Under the pieces are notes generated by a model. That model was given only the letters and a program-made list of their open reading frames with translations, had not been told where the DNA came from and did no database searches. A stretch of 52,614 nt of DNA from Chiloscyllium plagiosum (Eukaryota): NCBI RefSeq assembly GCF_004010195.1, contig NC_057711.1, positions 83,710,463 through 83,763,076 of the forward strand, given 5' to 3'. This document shows, one piece after another, positions 24,147 to 37,534 of the stretch (positions are counted from its first letter, which is position 1; every line of letters starts with the position of its first letter). The translations under genes and the position numbers were made by a program.

Positions 24147-25125
24147 ACGTTCTTGTTTATATTTGTCAGCTCCCTGATTGGACCAAATTAACAGCATCAA
24201 TCGGGGAACTGATATTCTATGAGGTCTGTCTGGCTGATGTCAATACAAATCACTACACTCACAAATTGGAGAAGAAGCGTCCGTAAAGGCACCAACCTCT
24301 TTGAACATCACCAAGTGGAGACCAAGCATAAGCATCGGAAAGAATGCGTGGAATCCAGAGCGTTCCATCCACTGCCTCTTCAAACACTATCTACTCTACA
24401 TGTCGCAGGACTGGACAACTCAGTTACTGCAGATGCCCCAACCCTGCTGGAGTGGAAGCAAGTCATCATCAACCCTGAGAGAACCAAAGAAAGACAGAAT
24501 TAGTTCATTAAGTTTGGTTCATTAAACCAGTATTACTGGCGTGCAACTTAAAGTAGATTAAATGGAGCAACTGGTTGGAACATAAGGAATACAGGTTAAA
24601 ATCTGGCCAAATGCAGCGTTTTCTCTATTGACTAGATAGTGACAAGTAAAACAAATCTAGTTTATTACCAAATTCCAGTAAATGAAAATTCCCAGCAGAA
24701 AATTGTCAGGATTCACTGCAGTTAATCTGTAGCCAGTGAAAATGTTGACAAAAGGTGTTACGGCAGCTGTCCAAAATCACATTTTGAGAATTGTGATGTG
24801 TTGTACACTTTTTCCCAAAAGCAAAACAGATTTTACTATTGGGATTCAGAATTGAAACATCTGGATCCCAACCTGACACTACATCAGAGAGACTTGTGAA
24901 GTAACTTTCATTGATTTTTTTCTGCATTGGTTGATCATTGTCCAATTAAGAGTCACTGATGAGGATAAAAGGTAGAACTGAAATTATGACGTTTGGATTT
25001 AAAGAGATGACAGCTGCCATTGCTATGTTTGTCAATTCACCCAGTGATGGCAGCAAGAATAAGGAAGTAGGAATGCAACATCTCCACTCAGCTACCTCAT
25101 CCAAGCGTTTCACTCCTCAGGGTAG

Positions 25126-25241
25126 ATATTTTCCTAAACAACCTATTCAGAGTTGTTATACCCCTTGAGTAGGGAGGATGTGAAGCTGAGCTTCCTGGTC
25201 CAGAGGTAAGGATACTACCACTGCACGACAAGGGGCATTGT
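25126..25241 (-). mobile_element. Short degenerate tRNA-derived SINE
   Basis: Minus strand GTGCAGTGGTAGTATCCTTACCTCTG head; TSD TCCTCAGGGTAG at 25114-25125 and 25242-25253. Confidence 0.65.
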
Positions 25242-25266
25242 TCCTCAGGGTAGCGTCCTAAGGAAA

Positions 25267-26026
25267 TAGAGTCATAGATAGAGTCATAGAGATGTACAGC
25301 ATGGAAACAGATCCTTCAGTCCAACTCGTCCATGTCGACCAGATATCCCATCCCAATCTCGTCCCACCTGCCAGCACCCAGCCCATATCCCTCCAAACCC
25401 TTCCTATTCATATACCCATCAACATGCCTTTTAAATGTTGCAATTGTACCAGCCTCCACCACATCCTCTAGTAGCTTATTCTATACACATACCACCCTCT
25501 GCGTGAAAAAGTTGCCCCTTAGATCTTTTTTATATCTTTCCCCTCTCACCCTAAACCTATGCCCTCTAGTTCTGGACTCCTCCACCCCAGGAAAAGACTC
25601 TGTCTATTTATCTATCCGTGCCCCTCATGAGTTTTTAAACCTCTATAAGGTCACCCCTCAGCCTCTGACGCTCCAGGAAGAGCAGCCCCAGCCTGTTCAA
25701 CCTCTCCCTTTGCTCAAATCCTCCAACCCTGACAACATCCTTGTAAATCTTTTCTTAACACTGTCAAGTTTCACAACATCTTTCCGATAGGAAGGAGACC
25801 AGAACTGCATGCAATATTCCAACAGTGGCCTAACCAATGCCCTATACAGCTGCAACATGACCTCCCAACTCCTGTACTCAATGCTCTGACCAATAAAGGA
25901 AAGCATACCAAACACCTTCTTCACTATCCTATCTACCTGTGACTCCACTTACAAGGAGCTATGAACCTGAACTTAAGGTCTCTTTGTTCAGGACAACTCC
26001 CTAGGACCTTACCATTAAGTGTATAA
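25267..26026 (-). mobile_element. HER1-like CR1 3' part, running into the N gap 26027-26526
   Basis: LVRPLLEYCMQFWSP; reverse-complement tail AGAGTCATAGAG. Confidence 0.92.
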
Positions 26027-26801
26027 NNNNNNNNNNNNNNNNNNNNNNNNNNNNNNNNNNNNNNNNNNNNNNNNNNNNNNNNNNNNNNNNNNNNNNNNNN
26101 NNNNNNNNNNNNNNNNNNNNNNNNNNNNNNNNNNNNNNNNNNNNNNNNNNNNNNNNNNNNNNNNNNNNNNNNNNNNNNNNNNNNNNNNNNNNNNNNNNNN
26201 NNNNNNNNNNNNNNNNNNNNNNNNNNNNNNNNNNNNNNNNNNNNNNNNNNNNNNNNNNNNNNNNNNNNNNNNNNNNNNNNNNNNNNNNNNNNNNNNNNNN
26301 NNNNNNNNNNNNNNNNNNNNNNNNNNNNNNNNNNNNNNNNNNNNNNNNNNNNNNNNNNNNNNNNNNNNNNNNNNNNNNNNNNNNNNNNNNNNNNNNNNNN
26401 NNNNNNNNNNNNNNNNNNNNNNNNNNNNNNNNNNNNNNNNNNNNNNNNNNNNNNNNNNNNNNNNNNNNNNNNNNNNNNNNNNNNNNNNNNNNNNNNNNNN
26501 NNNNNNNNNNNNNNNNNNNNNNNNNNAGCATTTACCCTGTCAAGCCCCTTAAGAATTCAAATGTTTCAATGAGATCACTTTTCATTCTTCTAAATTCCAG
26601 TGAGTAGAGTCCCAACATATTTAACTTCTGTTCATAAGTCAATTCTTCCGTATCAGGGATTATCCTAGAGAGCCTTCGCTGAACTGCCTCCAATGAAACA
26701 ATATCTTTCCTTAAATAAGGAGATCAAAACTGCTCACTGTATTCCAGATGTGGCCTCACCAGCACCTTGCATAGTTGCAGTATGACTTCCCTAATCTTAT
26801 A

Positions 26802-26933
26802 GGAGAAAGTGAGGGCTGTGGATGCTGCGGATGCTGGAGAATCTGAAGAAGGGCTTATGCCCGAAACGTCGATTCTCCTGTTCCTTGGATGCTGCCTGAC
26901 CTGCTGCACTTTTCCAGCAACACATTTTCAGTT
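26802..26933. mobile_element. Short Penelope-like pseudo-LTR fold-back insertion
   Basis: TSD CTTCCCTA(A/T)TCTTATA at 26786-26801 and 26934-26949; CTGAAGA-A-GGGC-TTAT-GCCC-GAAACGTC. Confidence 0.85.
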
Positions 26934-27084
26934 CTTCCCTATTCTTATACTCCATCCCCCTTGAAATAAGGGCCAACATTCCATTCCTGATCACCTGTGG
27001 GCTAGCTTTCTGTGTTTCATGCACAAGTACCCCCAGGTCCTTTTGTGTTGCTGCTTTCTGCAATTTTTCTTCATTTAAATAATA

Positions 27085-27392
27085 TTAGATTAGATTCCCC
27101 ACAGTGTGGAAACAGGCTCTTCGGCCCAACTAGTCCACACTAACCCTCTGAAGAGTAACCCACCCAGACCCATTTCCATCTGACTAATGCACATAATGCT
27201 ATGGGCAAGTTAACATGGCCAATTCACCTAACCTGCACATCTTTGGACTGTGGGAGGAAACCAGAATACCCGGAGGAAACCCACACAGACACGGGGAGAA
27301 TGTGCAAACTCCACACAGACAGTCACCTGAGGCTGGAATCAAACCTGGGACCCTGGCGCTGTGAGGCTGCAGTGCTAACCACTGAGCCACCC
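27085..27392 (-). mobile_element. HE1-like tRNA SINE, near full length
   Basis: A box TGGCTCAGTGG, B box GGTTTGATTCC, CR1-type tail and (TCTAA)n end. Confidence 0.9.
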
Positions 27393-27849
27393 CAAAACAG
27401 ATAGCGTTTTTTGGTTCTCAACTACCTGCATTCTGTTCTTTTGTTTTCGCTTCCAAAATGAACAGCTTCACATTTTCTCAAATTATAGTACATTTACCAA
27501 TTTTTTGTCCACTTGCTTAACCTATCAACACTGTTCGTATTCCACTTGCCATATGCAAATTTGACTATTTTACATTCACTTCCGCCCTCCAAGTCATTAC
27601 TATAGATTGTGAACAGTTATGGTCCTAACACTAATCCTAATGGAAGCCACTGGTTGCAAGTCACCAACCTGAAAAAGAATTTCTTATCTCCACCAGCTGT
27701 TCTCTGCCCATGAGCCAATTCTCTATCCATATCAATATTCTACCTTCAACACTGTGTGCTCTTACCTTATGAATTAAACTTTTCTAAGGTCCCTTGTCAA
27801 ATGCCTTCTTGAAATCCAAATACAACATATCAACCAGTTCCCCTCTATC

Positions 27850-29780
27850 TGAAATAATTCACAAAGGCCTGTATCCTGTGACCAAATCACCCTTTATTTA
27901 CACGTGCATTGTACATGTCACTGATCCAGCTGACACAGAGCTGGCTCCTTGTGTGAGCTGAACCCCAATACTCCTGTTTATATCTGTCCGCCAGGGCTGA
28001 ATGTTTAGACCAGGGCTAGCAGCTCCAATCAGGGAACTCATATTCTACGAGGTCCAACTGTCTGGCCTCCTTCCAATCATTGCATCCCTCACCGTCTAAT
28101 TCCTGGGACATAAGCCTATTCTTTTTCATGTAGCTTCTCCTGGGATGTTTTCATACCAGATCCACTTCTGCCAACTCTGTCTTGGACACATATGACGTGT
28201 AATGCACTGTCGCCTGCCTCTTGCACCTGGAACACCCAAGAAGAAATTCATCTTCTTCAGGCAATAACAGTGTTGAGGCTGTGGCACCTGCATATCCATC
28301 TAGTTTTAGATTAGATTAGATTGCTTACAGTGTGGAAACAGGCCCTTCGGCCGAACAAGTCCACACCGCCCCGCCGAAGCGCAACCCACCCATACCCCTA
28401 CATTTACCCCTTACCTAACACTACGGGCAATTTAGCATGGCCAATTCACCTGACCGGGAGAACATGCAAACTCCACACAGTCAGTCGCCTGAGGCGGGAA
28501 TTGAACCCGGGTCTCTGGCGCTGTGAGGCAGCAGTGCTAACCACTGTGCCACCATGCCGCCCACAGAGGTTCAGAGGTTTCTTCAACACTAGGTGGAGGG
28601 GAAGAACACACAGATTCTGACAGCATTGCTGGATGTTCTGAGGGGCCAAGTATGACTTGCTCCTGCCCTGTTTGCGAGTTTGCAACTTTCATGCTTGTTC
28701 TGGACTTTCACACCTACCAGAATTCTGTACGTCATGGGATCTGACCTCTTGTCAGCTATGCCTCTTTTCATTGCAGCACCATTCCTGTGGTTTTGACACC
28801 AAATCTCCCCTGAAGTAAACTGCATCTCTCTCTCTCAGAGGACACACGTACACACACACGTCTGGGTAGATCAAGTGGGAGTAATTTTCCCATTAGCAAC
28901 TCTGCCAGAGCTGTCCTTGTAGTCGTGTGAGGGGTGGTCCTATAGTCAAACAGGAACCGGGACAGTTTGGTATCAACTGAAGCTGTTGGCTGTTTTGTTA
29001 AGCCTGCCTTCAATTTGAACTGGTCTTTTCAACAGACCATTGGATGATGGATGGTATGGAGCTGTCCTTACGTGCCAAATGACTTTAGGAAATACTGAAT
29101 TCCCTGCTGGTAAATGATGACCTGTTGACTGTAAACCAACACCTCTCGGAGTCCATGTATTGCAAAAGATTCTTACATGCTTTTCAATCATCATCCTTGT
29201 GTTCGATGAATGAACTCTATGAATGTTCAACCAATTTGAATGGGTGTCCACAATGACTAAAATCATAGAGCTGATGGAAGGGCTGGCATAGTCGACATGT
29301 AACTGAGTCCGAGGTTCACCTGGTTTGTCAACTGTTGAGTAAAACCAATGGCAGCTCAGAATTAGAGGAGGCTTGGGGGAGGTCATAATATTCCTTAGTT
29401 AAATCTATCAGCTCTCGAACGGCTTTAGTAACTGGTGCATTGTGGCAAGTTAGGCTCCCAATAACTGATAAAGCTACAGGTCTACAAGCAGTCAGGAGAA
29501 TTACTCATTGTTTCTCATCTGCCATACTGTCATTTGTCCAGAAAAAAATAACATATTCTTTTCACATACTGGCCCCAGCCTCCAATGGCAGCATTGAATG
29601 AGTCAAGCTTCTTAAATAATGACGTGATGCCTGAAATGCTTACCCCAATTCAAAGATGACTGCTACGAGCAAATATCTTCAGGGGTGTGTTTTTCTCTCA
29701 ACACCACTGAAATAACTCGACGAAGGCCAGAATCCAATCCTCAAATCACCCTTTATTTACACATGTATAGTAAATGACCA
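27850..29780 (-). mobile_element. Internally deleted Gypsy LTR retrotransposon: 3' LTR 27850-28084, integrase remnants, PBS and partial 5' LTR ~29708-29780
   Basis: LHVDYA...VIVDTHS, TAPYHPSSNGL, FLFDYRTTPH; purine tract next to the 3' LTR; TGG after the 5' LTR; the two LTR copies align. Confidence 0.85.
28308..28563 (-). mobile_element. HE1-like SINE nested in the Gypsy element
   Basis: GGCACAGTGGTTAGCACTGCTGCCTCACAGC...GGTTCAATTCC; (TCTAA)n tail. Confidence 0.9.
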
Positions 29781-31292
29781 GCAGGAAAACCTCATTATAC
29801 AATTAAAACAGTACCTTTACTACCCATAGAAAAGTTTTAAATGATTCAGTTGATATCGGTAGATTGTGTAGGGACATGACGAACTGAAAGCAGGGCATTA
29901 GTACATCCTTATAATTACAGATATTACAGTAGGATTTCCAGATGCTAATGCTTCAAGCACCATTACAGTTAAGGTGGTAGTGGAAAAGTTAGTTTAGATT
30001 TTTATTCGTTTTGGACTATCAATTGATATATAATCTGAAAATCCAATCAGAGTTCTAACTTCATGTCTGAAGTTTTCCAGAAGAACATTAGGAGTTTGGG
30101 TGTAAAACAATTGAAGTCAACTGTTTATCATCTGCAAACCGAGTTAGCTTTCAAGAGATACCATCAGAATCTCAAAACCATGCTCAAAGGTAGACTGTCA
30201 TTTGGAATCCTCAATGTTGATTGCCTGTCCACTTTTCTAAAAAGACTCACAGGAGCATGTCAGCTAACAAAAGGGCATTTGAGAGTTTCACAAGCAAAGC
30301 TGAAGGAATGTACAGATAAATATTTCACAGTGAGAACTTTACAAGTGGAGGATGAAGTATTGGGATTACTGCCTTTGTAAAATGAAGCTCTGAAAGTGAA
30401 ATTCAGTAGTTCATACAGGCTTTTTAAGGAAGTGAGTAAGATGACTTATGTGACTTATGTGTTTGATTTGATTATGTCACATTAACATCTTGAAATGATA
30501 TTTTTGTAGGGAAAAGGATAAGGGGTAGCATGTGAGTCAGGCAGCAACAATAGCAGAAGGTAGCACAAACAATAATTAGTGATGTAAAAGGAGAAGTAAA
30601 CAGTTCCCAAAGCAAACCTCCTGTAATTCAACTAGCTAATGCAAAAGTATTGGACAATTAAACAATGTATTCTCATATTTTGAGCAAGGACAATTGAAGA
30701 ACCTTGTAAGACTACTTAGAATGTTTCAGATAATCTGCAAAATTACACCTGGATGTATTCTGTTCGCTTGTCATGACATGGATGAAGGAGAGTCAGCACC
30801 AGTAAAATAGCATCCTTTCCAGTTCAGTCGAGGAAATTAAGCTCAGGTGAAAACACAGGTTCATTACATACTAGAAAACTACTTGATTCAACCTAGTTGA
30901 AGCAGTCGGATTTAATCGGTAGTGTTAGTGACTAAACTAGATAGATCAACTAGGTACCATATACACCACAGAAAGGTAAATATAGTTACAGAAAAGGTTT
31001 GTACTCAATTTCACACTTAGAAGATTGCGTTGACAGGATTGGCAGTGCCTCATTCCTTTCTAACACTGATCTATTGAAGGGGTACTTGCAAGTGCTGTTA
31101 ACATCAAAGGCTTAAGAATAATCCACTTCTGTCACATCAAATGGGTTTTACCATTGTCAAGTGATGCCATTTGGTTTAAAGAATGGTCCAGCTACATTCC
31201 AAAGACTGATGAAATAAGTCATAGCTGTGTAGTTTATTTAGCCGATGTCGTGTTATAAAGCAAGACATGGGAACAGCATGTAAAACAAGTAG

Positions 31293-31469
31293 GTAAAAAC
31301 AATGACTGCAGATGCTGGAAACCAGATTCTGGATTAGTGGTGCTGGAAGAGCACAGCAGTTCAGGCAGCATCCGAGGAGCAGTAAAATTGATGTTTCGGG
31401 CAAAAGCCCTTTATCAGGAATAAAGCTTTATTCCTGATGAAGGGCTTTTGCCCGAAACGTCGATTTTAC
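31293..31469. mobile_element. Fold-back Penelope-like pseudo-LTR insertion inside the Gypsy RT
   Basis: TSD TGTAAAACAAGTAG at 31279-31292 and 31470-31483; loopless centre GGAATAAAGCTTTATTCC. Confidence 0.9.
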
Positions 31470-31769
31470 TGTAAAACAAGTAGATGACTTTGTTAAACAA
31501 TTGGTATTGGCTTGTTTCATAATAAACATATGTAAAAATGGATTTCTGAATATAAGAGAAGCTTACCTCAGGACAAGTGTTGCCAAGGACAGTGAAAGTG
31601 AAGACTCCAGTATAATTCCCTATTCCTAAAATGAAACAATAAATGAAAGATTTTTAGGAATATGTGGATTTTGCTGGAAATTTGAGAGTAATTTCAGCAC
31701 AATAGCTGTGACTTAAACAAATTTGTTAAAGAAACAAGCAAAAATGGTATGGTCAGCAAAAAATTGATA

Positions 31770-32048
31770 TTGGTTTGATTTGTTGTAGTCATGTGTACCT
31801 AAGTACAATGAAAAGCTTTGTTTACAGGCATTACAGGCAAATCATAGCAAGCAAGGACATGCAGATCATAGGGTGCTTGGACAGAGTGAGGCATACAGGT
31901 TATGCTGCACAAGAGGTGCTCAAAGCAGGATCAGCATTAACAAATTAACATTATTTGAAGTTAGAGATTCCATTTATCAGGCTAATAATGGCAGGGAAGA
32001 AGCTGTTCTTGAACCTGCTGGTGTATGTGTTCAAGCTTCTGTATCTTA
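31770..32048 (-). mobile_element. Rex1/Babar-like LINE 3' end
   Basis: Minus strand RYRSLNTYTSRFKNSFFPAII; homologous to 48140-48410. Confidence 0.7.
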
Positions 32049-34494
32049 TCATACAGCCTTTGAGAAGTTGAAGACAATCCTAATAAATGAACCAGTGCTG
32101 GCTGTCTCTGATTCTTCCAAACCTTTCAAAGTGGCAATTGATGCCAATGGCTTGGGTTAGGTGCAGTCTTATTACAGGATGATGAGTCAGGAATAATAAA
32201 GCCAGTGGCATACTTCTCTAAGTAACTAAACCAAAAAGAGAAGTGGTCAACCAACATAAAAGAGACTTTAAGTTTATTCAACACTTCGACATGGTGACAA
32301 AGAAGCACTAATCTACATAATCCAACATTTTTAATTGAAATGTTTAAAATTCAAAATGTGAGACAATTCAGATGGAGTCTTTTGCTTCAGTCATTTAAAG
32401 TAGGTGTGTAAATATTAGCAAAAGCCTTTAGGCTGTTACAAGGACAGATGGCTTGTCTTTCTCTGTAGTAAAATATCTAAAGTCTGATGGAAGCCAACTT
32501 ATTCTCCCTCACTAGTTGCTCAAGCTCTGGCCTTAAAGCAGCAACTAAGAGATTTTGTAGTAAACATGCCAGTCGTCCATGCCTCCTGTAGAGAATTGAA
32601 AATGCTCTGAAGAAAAAAGACTGTGGAACACATAATTCTGGCAACTGCAAGCATTATCCCCTGAACCCTGTGGACTAAAGTCATTTGTACTTCCCCAGTT
32701 CTTTATTTTCCTTTCACCCATAAACACCATTTTTTTTAGCCTGTCTATGCCTATCAGTATGTGTATGTGGGAGGACTTTAGAAGGGGTTTAGAGTTTTAA
32801 TCAGTTGAGGTATATGTCAGTAGATCATAGCTGCTACAAGTGGGTTCCTGTTAAATACAGAAACCTTGCCCATTTGTTTTTAAACCTGGGTCTATCTGAC
32901 TGGCGCACTAAGAACTTTGCAAACATTTCTAACTTTTGTAATGAATTGAGGAAAAGCAAGGCTTGAATTCTGCTGCACTACATCAGAAAGGTCTAAAAAT
33001 TGCAAGAGAAAAGCTTTAACAAAATATGCCTTATTGTCAGCTATACTCAAAATGGGTGATTTTAATGAATAATGTATGATCAATTAGAATAGAATTTCAG
33101 AATGAAATCCATTCATTTATTTTATCCATATAGACAACAAGAACATAAACTCTGTCCAAAATCTGGTTAAGATTACTAATAAGATAAATAATCCCAAGAT
33201 AACTGCTTTTATTTTCTATGTCAACAGAACGAATGCATTGTCCTGTTCATCTATTCCAAAGAAAAAGCCAAACAGACATTAGAAACTATAACGGTTTTTA
33301 GTTTCCCTGGTCAACTTTGTACATTGCAACATTTTGAAATTTCCCACCCTGATTGAAAGGTCTTCTCATGTGAAGCAATTCTATAATAATATCATTGACA
33401 GTATTTTCTATCTCTGTACCTCTAAAAGGATCACGCCCTGATTTGGTAACATGGAATATTAATATATGAATGTGTAGCATGTATGTTAAAAATACGTCTC
33501 CTGAAGGCAATTATCAAAGAAAAAGGAAAGAAAATTGTCCAAAACTGTTTAATAACTAATCACAGAATGAGAACAAGATTTAGCAACTCAGTGTAGATTC
33601 TTATATTCAAACCTGGAGAACCTACTGGAAGAATGAAAGGTGATGGGTTTAATGATAATGATATATGAGATCTATAACAACATACTATTGTCCTGAGGGA
33701 TTGAGGTCAAGGAGCTGGTATCACATGACTTTGCTGATCTCATGTGAAATTAATTTCCATCCAATCATCTCCATTAAAGTAATTTTAATTTAATGAATAC
33801 AAAACTGTGCAACAGACAACTTTAAAACAGGTGTGCCATTGTTTTTGGAAAATGTTACAGTGCTAATATTTCAAACTGACTTCATGTGGTACTTTTGAAC
33901 ACTTTGCAGCACAGAAGCTGTTGTCATGGTTGGGTTTGGGTATAAATTAATTTTTGTTCCTCTGACTCTTACAGAATATGCTATGTGAACTAATTTCCTT
34001 AGCTGCAGAAAAATATGACAACAACCATACCTTGTATTTAAAAAGTGGCATTAAATTAACATATGTCCCAGTGCTTGTTAGAGAAGTGTAAGATCACAAC
34101 CAACAAATCAGATCTGTAATCCTGCACTATCCAGCTGTGAACGGTGCAGGGCAATTAAATAACTAACAGGATGAGGAAGTTCCACAAATATCCCCACCCT
34201 CAATGGCAGTGGAAGCCCAGAATCTACGTGCAGAAATAAGGCTGAAGCATTTGTTAGCATCTTAAGCCAGAAGTTCAGGGTGTTTAATTTAGCTTGTCTT
34301 CAGCCATTTCTAGATAACCAATCCTGTAAGAACATAGTAAGATAAATAAGATTGCCATTTGTTTCAATTTAATAAGTTTGAGCAATAAGTTTGAAAAGTT
34401 ATCTTACCCTTTATACTTAGCTTTTCTTTTGGAAGTGCTTGATTTTAAAAAGTACTTTGTTAGGTATTTGACTGAGAAATTACAACTAAATGGT

Positions 34495-34577
34495 TGCGCT
34501 TCGGCGGGTTGGTGTGGACTTGTTGGGCTGAAGGGCCTGTTTCCACATTGTAAGTAATCTAATCTAATCTAATCTAA
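34495..34577 (+). mobile_element. Isolated SINE/CR1 3' tail
   Basis: GGACTTGTTGGGCTGAAGGGCCTGTTTCCAC followed by (AATCT)4. Confidence 0.8.
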
Positions 34578-35774
34578 ATTTGACATGTTACTTTAGATGA
34601 TAGTGAAACCTCTTACTGATGTGTATTAAGCAGCTACCCAAGGAACAATAGAATTCCACCAGCTCCCATTTTTCATTCATTTTTGTAAAAATGTAACATT
34701 GTAAAAACTATAGGGCTCATTTGTCAATTACCCCCAGGCCACTGTAAATCAAATTGAATAAAGCAGCTTGGAATCTAATTCCTTCAACTTTTAGAAGACA
34801 TTCAGCAAATACATTATTACAATAAATTGTAGCTGCATTTTAATTGATAAAATTCACTGAACAAAATTCCTGTTGGAATTCACATGGGAAGAAATGTACT
34901 TCATGTAGTATTACAAATTGGTCTTTAAAAGGTTCAAAAAGAAACAACACTACAGCTTTTATGGAATCCTGGAAGGGATGGAATATATCAACTGCCATCT
35001 AATGTGTGCGTCTTCACTAATTTGCAGATGACTTGAAAGAGAATATTTTAGTGCCACTCCCATGTAGAATCGAAGTCCCAGAGAGACACTTGTCTTTAAC
35101 CCAACATTATTGAGAATCAACAGGAGAGTTAATGGAAAAACCCACAGCAACAAACCCCACAAGAACTTAATCAGCAGAGACAAAGATCAAAGTTGGTTAA
35201 CAATTATTTATTATACTAATAGAGGACTTCAGTGTAATGGTCATCAGCGTAAAAGCAAAATGTATCCTTTATGAAGTCAAAGGTTAAATAGGATAATCTG
35301 GGGAGCATGTTGCTCAGGAAAACCATCAGGTTTTCACAACATATTTATAACTGAACTGTTTGTTAGCAGATGTTGTGAATGAAAACAGTAATCGTTTTAA
35401 AATGCCATTTTTAAATAGACTACATTGTGGGGATTGAATCATTTCCTTTTCAAAACCATTGCAGGAATCGAACCTACACATACTGAATACAGTAAATCAG
35501 AGCTCCCTCGAGGTGTACGTAATAAATATGTCTCCATTTCAATACATACAACTTCCTCCATTTCAAAATACAAAGTGAGAGAGAATAGTGCAAGTGGCAT
35601 TGATTGCAATCATCTGAATATTGCATAGGGAGTACAACAGGCACTTGATGTGGTCCCACATTAACGTTGCTGCTCAAGGAAAATTCCTATTGTTGGATGC
35701 CATTATTAGTAGCAAATGAGACTATCATACCATTTAAAATATGTACAAGAGTACTAGAGTCTGAAAGAATAATT

Positions 35775-36270
35775 GAAGGAAACTACAGAATGCATCTAAA
35801 TTAAGATTAAAATGGTTCAATCAAACAAGACAAGGTAATATGTGATGAATGATAGGACCCTGGGAAGTACTGAGGACCATAGGTATGTGTATATACACTG
35901 GTCCCTTGAGGTATTCAGGACAGATGGCTAAAGTGGCTAAGGTGGCATAGACAGGGTAGTCAGGAAGAAACAGTTTCCTTTGATGGAGAGATCAATGACT
36001 GGAGGGCAGGTATGGTGAAAGGGTAAGATTTAAGATAAGGGCAGAAGGTTTAGAAGGATATGTGAGGAAAATCATTTCCAGCCAGAGGACGGTGGGAATC
36101 CAGAACTCATTGCCTGTAAGGATGGTACAGACAGAAATCCTCATAACATTTATGAAGCATTTAAATGTGTACTTGTGATGCTAATGCATAAAAGGCTATG
36201 AGCCAAGCGCTGGAAAATCGGATAGGGTGGTTGTTTTTGACCAGCATAGCTGCAATAATAGCCTGAAGTG
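35775..36270 (+). mobile_element. Old CR1 3' fragment
   Basis: Degenerate FRRxVRKxxxxQRTVGIxNSLP...FMKHL. Confidence 0.65.
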
Positions 36271-37534
36271 ATATGAGGCTAGATTCACCATGATCCCACA
36301 AAACACTGGATAGGATAGCAGCAGAAAATGAAGGAAAGCGAGTGATGCATACACTGACTTACCCAGCGTAGGACCATCATAAGATGTTCCTTCACTACCT
36401 GCTTCAAGAAAATGATAGTGGGGGAAAAGTTCCCAGGAGATCCGTTACATTACGGAAGTTATTGGAACTTCTCAGATCATCCATCAGAAAGGGTGCCAAT
36501 GGGTTTGAGAAAGTGGTGACAGTGCCCTAATAGAAGTAGGGGACCATATCGAAGCTCCTGTGTTTCCTTTATAATACCCATTTGCAATGTTTCACAGGCT
36601 TCGGTTTATTTCAGGTGCATGTGCAACTTTAATTGGCCAACTACTTCTGGTGCAGAAACGGCAAACCATTGCAGCACACTAAGATCTGCAGCTAGGCAAT
36701 GATGGACTCTCTTTTGACATTGGGGAAGCTGGATTAGAGATTAGAGTGCTGGAGAAATATGAATGTAAGCAAGATCCCAATGGAACAACAGAATTTGGAA
36801 CAGAATTCCAGTTAGGAAACAGAGTAGTAGTTTTCAAATTTCAAATGCCTTTACTTGAAGGCCCCCCTTTGGATAAATAATCACAGGCTACATACCCCGA
36901 TGTAAATTATAATAATACTTGTGTAAACTTTGAAATGTATTTATAGAATTTATCTTCTATAAGCTGTTACATTGTATTTTCACTTCAACATAATGGTTTA
37001 CTTGCTCTGTATTTATGTTCTGTAATTGCTGTGTGGTGATGAAGACTTGTTTTATGTTTAGATATGTTTGATCATCTCTTAGCAAGCACATGTACATATA
37101 TTCAGGCAGCAATAGTGTGAAAGAATTCCTTTAGGGTCTCTCAAAGGTGAAGATCCCCACATTCCTAAAGATCAGCCCCCAACCCCCTTGCCAGGGCATG
37201 CAGACTGGCTTTTGTGAGTCCATCTCACCTCCTATTTTTGCAGGCTCCCACAGCAATCTGGTTAGAGGAATGTGGATTGTTCAAGAAGGGCTTACCACTA
37301 TCTGTCTAGCTGGTGGATCACCAACTGCTGTCAGTATTAAATAGTAACTAACATTTTCAAAGACTTTAGAGAAGGAAGGAAGACATCAATCGCTTATGAG
37401 GCTCGAGGTGTGGGCTTTTATAGTGGGAGAGTGATGGTGATTTGAAAGTTTTGAAAGACGTGAAGGTCCTGCCTAAGTAGACCAACCCACTTGCAAATGT
37501 AGCTCAGCACAAAGCTCAGTGGTGGTAATCAGTT

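Larger units (their letters stand above)
23181..24257 (-). mobile_element. Gypsy solo LTR (pieces ~23181-23308 and ~24147-24257) carrying nested inserts
   Basis: TG...CA ends; homologous to the LTR at 27850-28084; TSD CTCAT/CTCAC. Confidence 0.8.
19975..24495 (+). mobile_element. Old RTE-clade LINE 3' half split into four pieces (~19975-20480, 22809-22846, 23078-23180, 24263-24495)
   Basis: Joined pieces give degenerate HSQPELQTVIDTF..., QLGWV..MPDTRLPK..YSEL..G..YKNTLK; 3' end TGGAAGCAAGTCATC. Confidence 0.75.
26527..27849 (-). mobile_element. Older CR1 ORF2 fragment interrupted by a fold-back element and a SINE
   Basis: LVRPHLEYSEQF, QKDLGVLV and LDFKKAFDK (~27795-27820) on the minus strand. 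Confidence 0.8.
29790..32395 (+). mobile_element. Degenerate Gypsy pol with integrase upstream of RT-RNase H (Gmr1-like)
   Basis: IN: VDCVG, SNFMS, YHQNLKTML (~29860-30190); RT: DLLKGY, MPFGLKNGPATFQRLM (~31060-31210); RH: KPFKVAIDA, PVAYFSK, RWSLLLQ (~32120-32390). Confidence 0.8.

Noticed and set aside
27340..27392. tRNA gene
   Set aside because: The A/B boxes belong to a SINE head continuing into SINE body and tail; the same applies near 12200 and 28500
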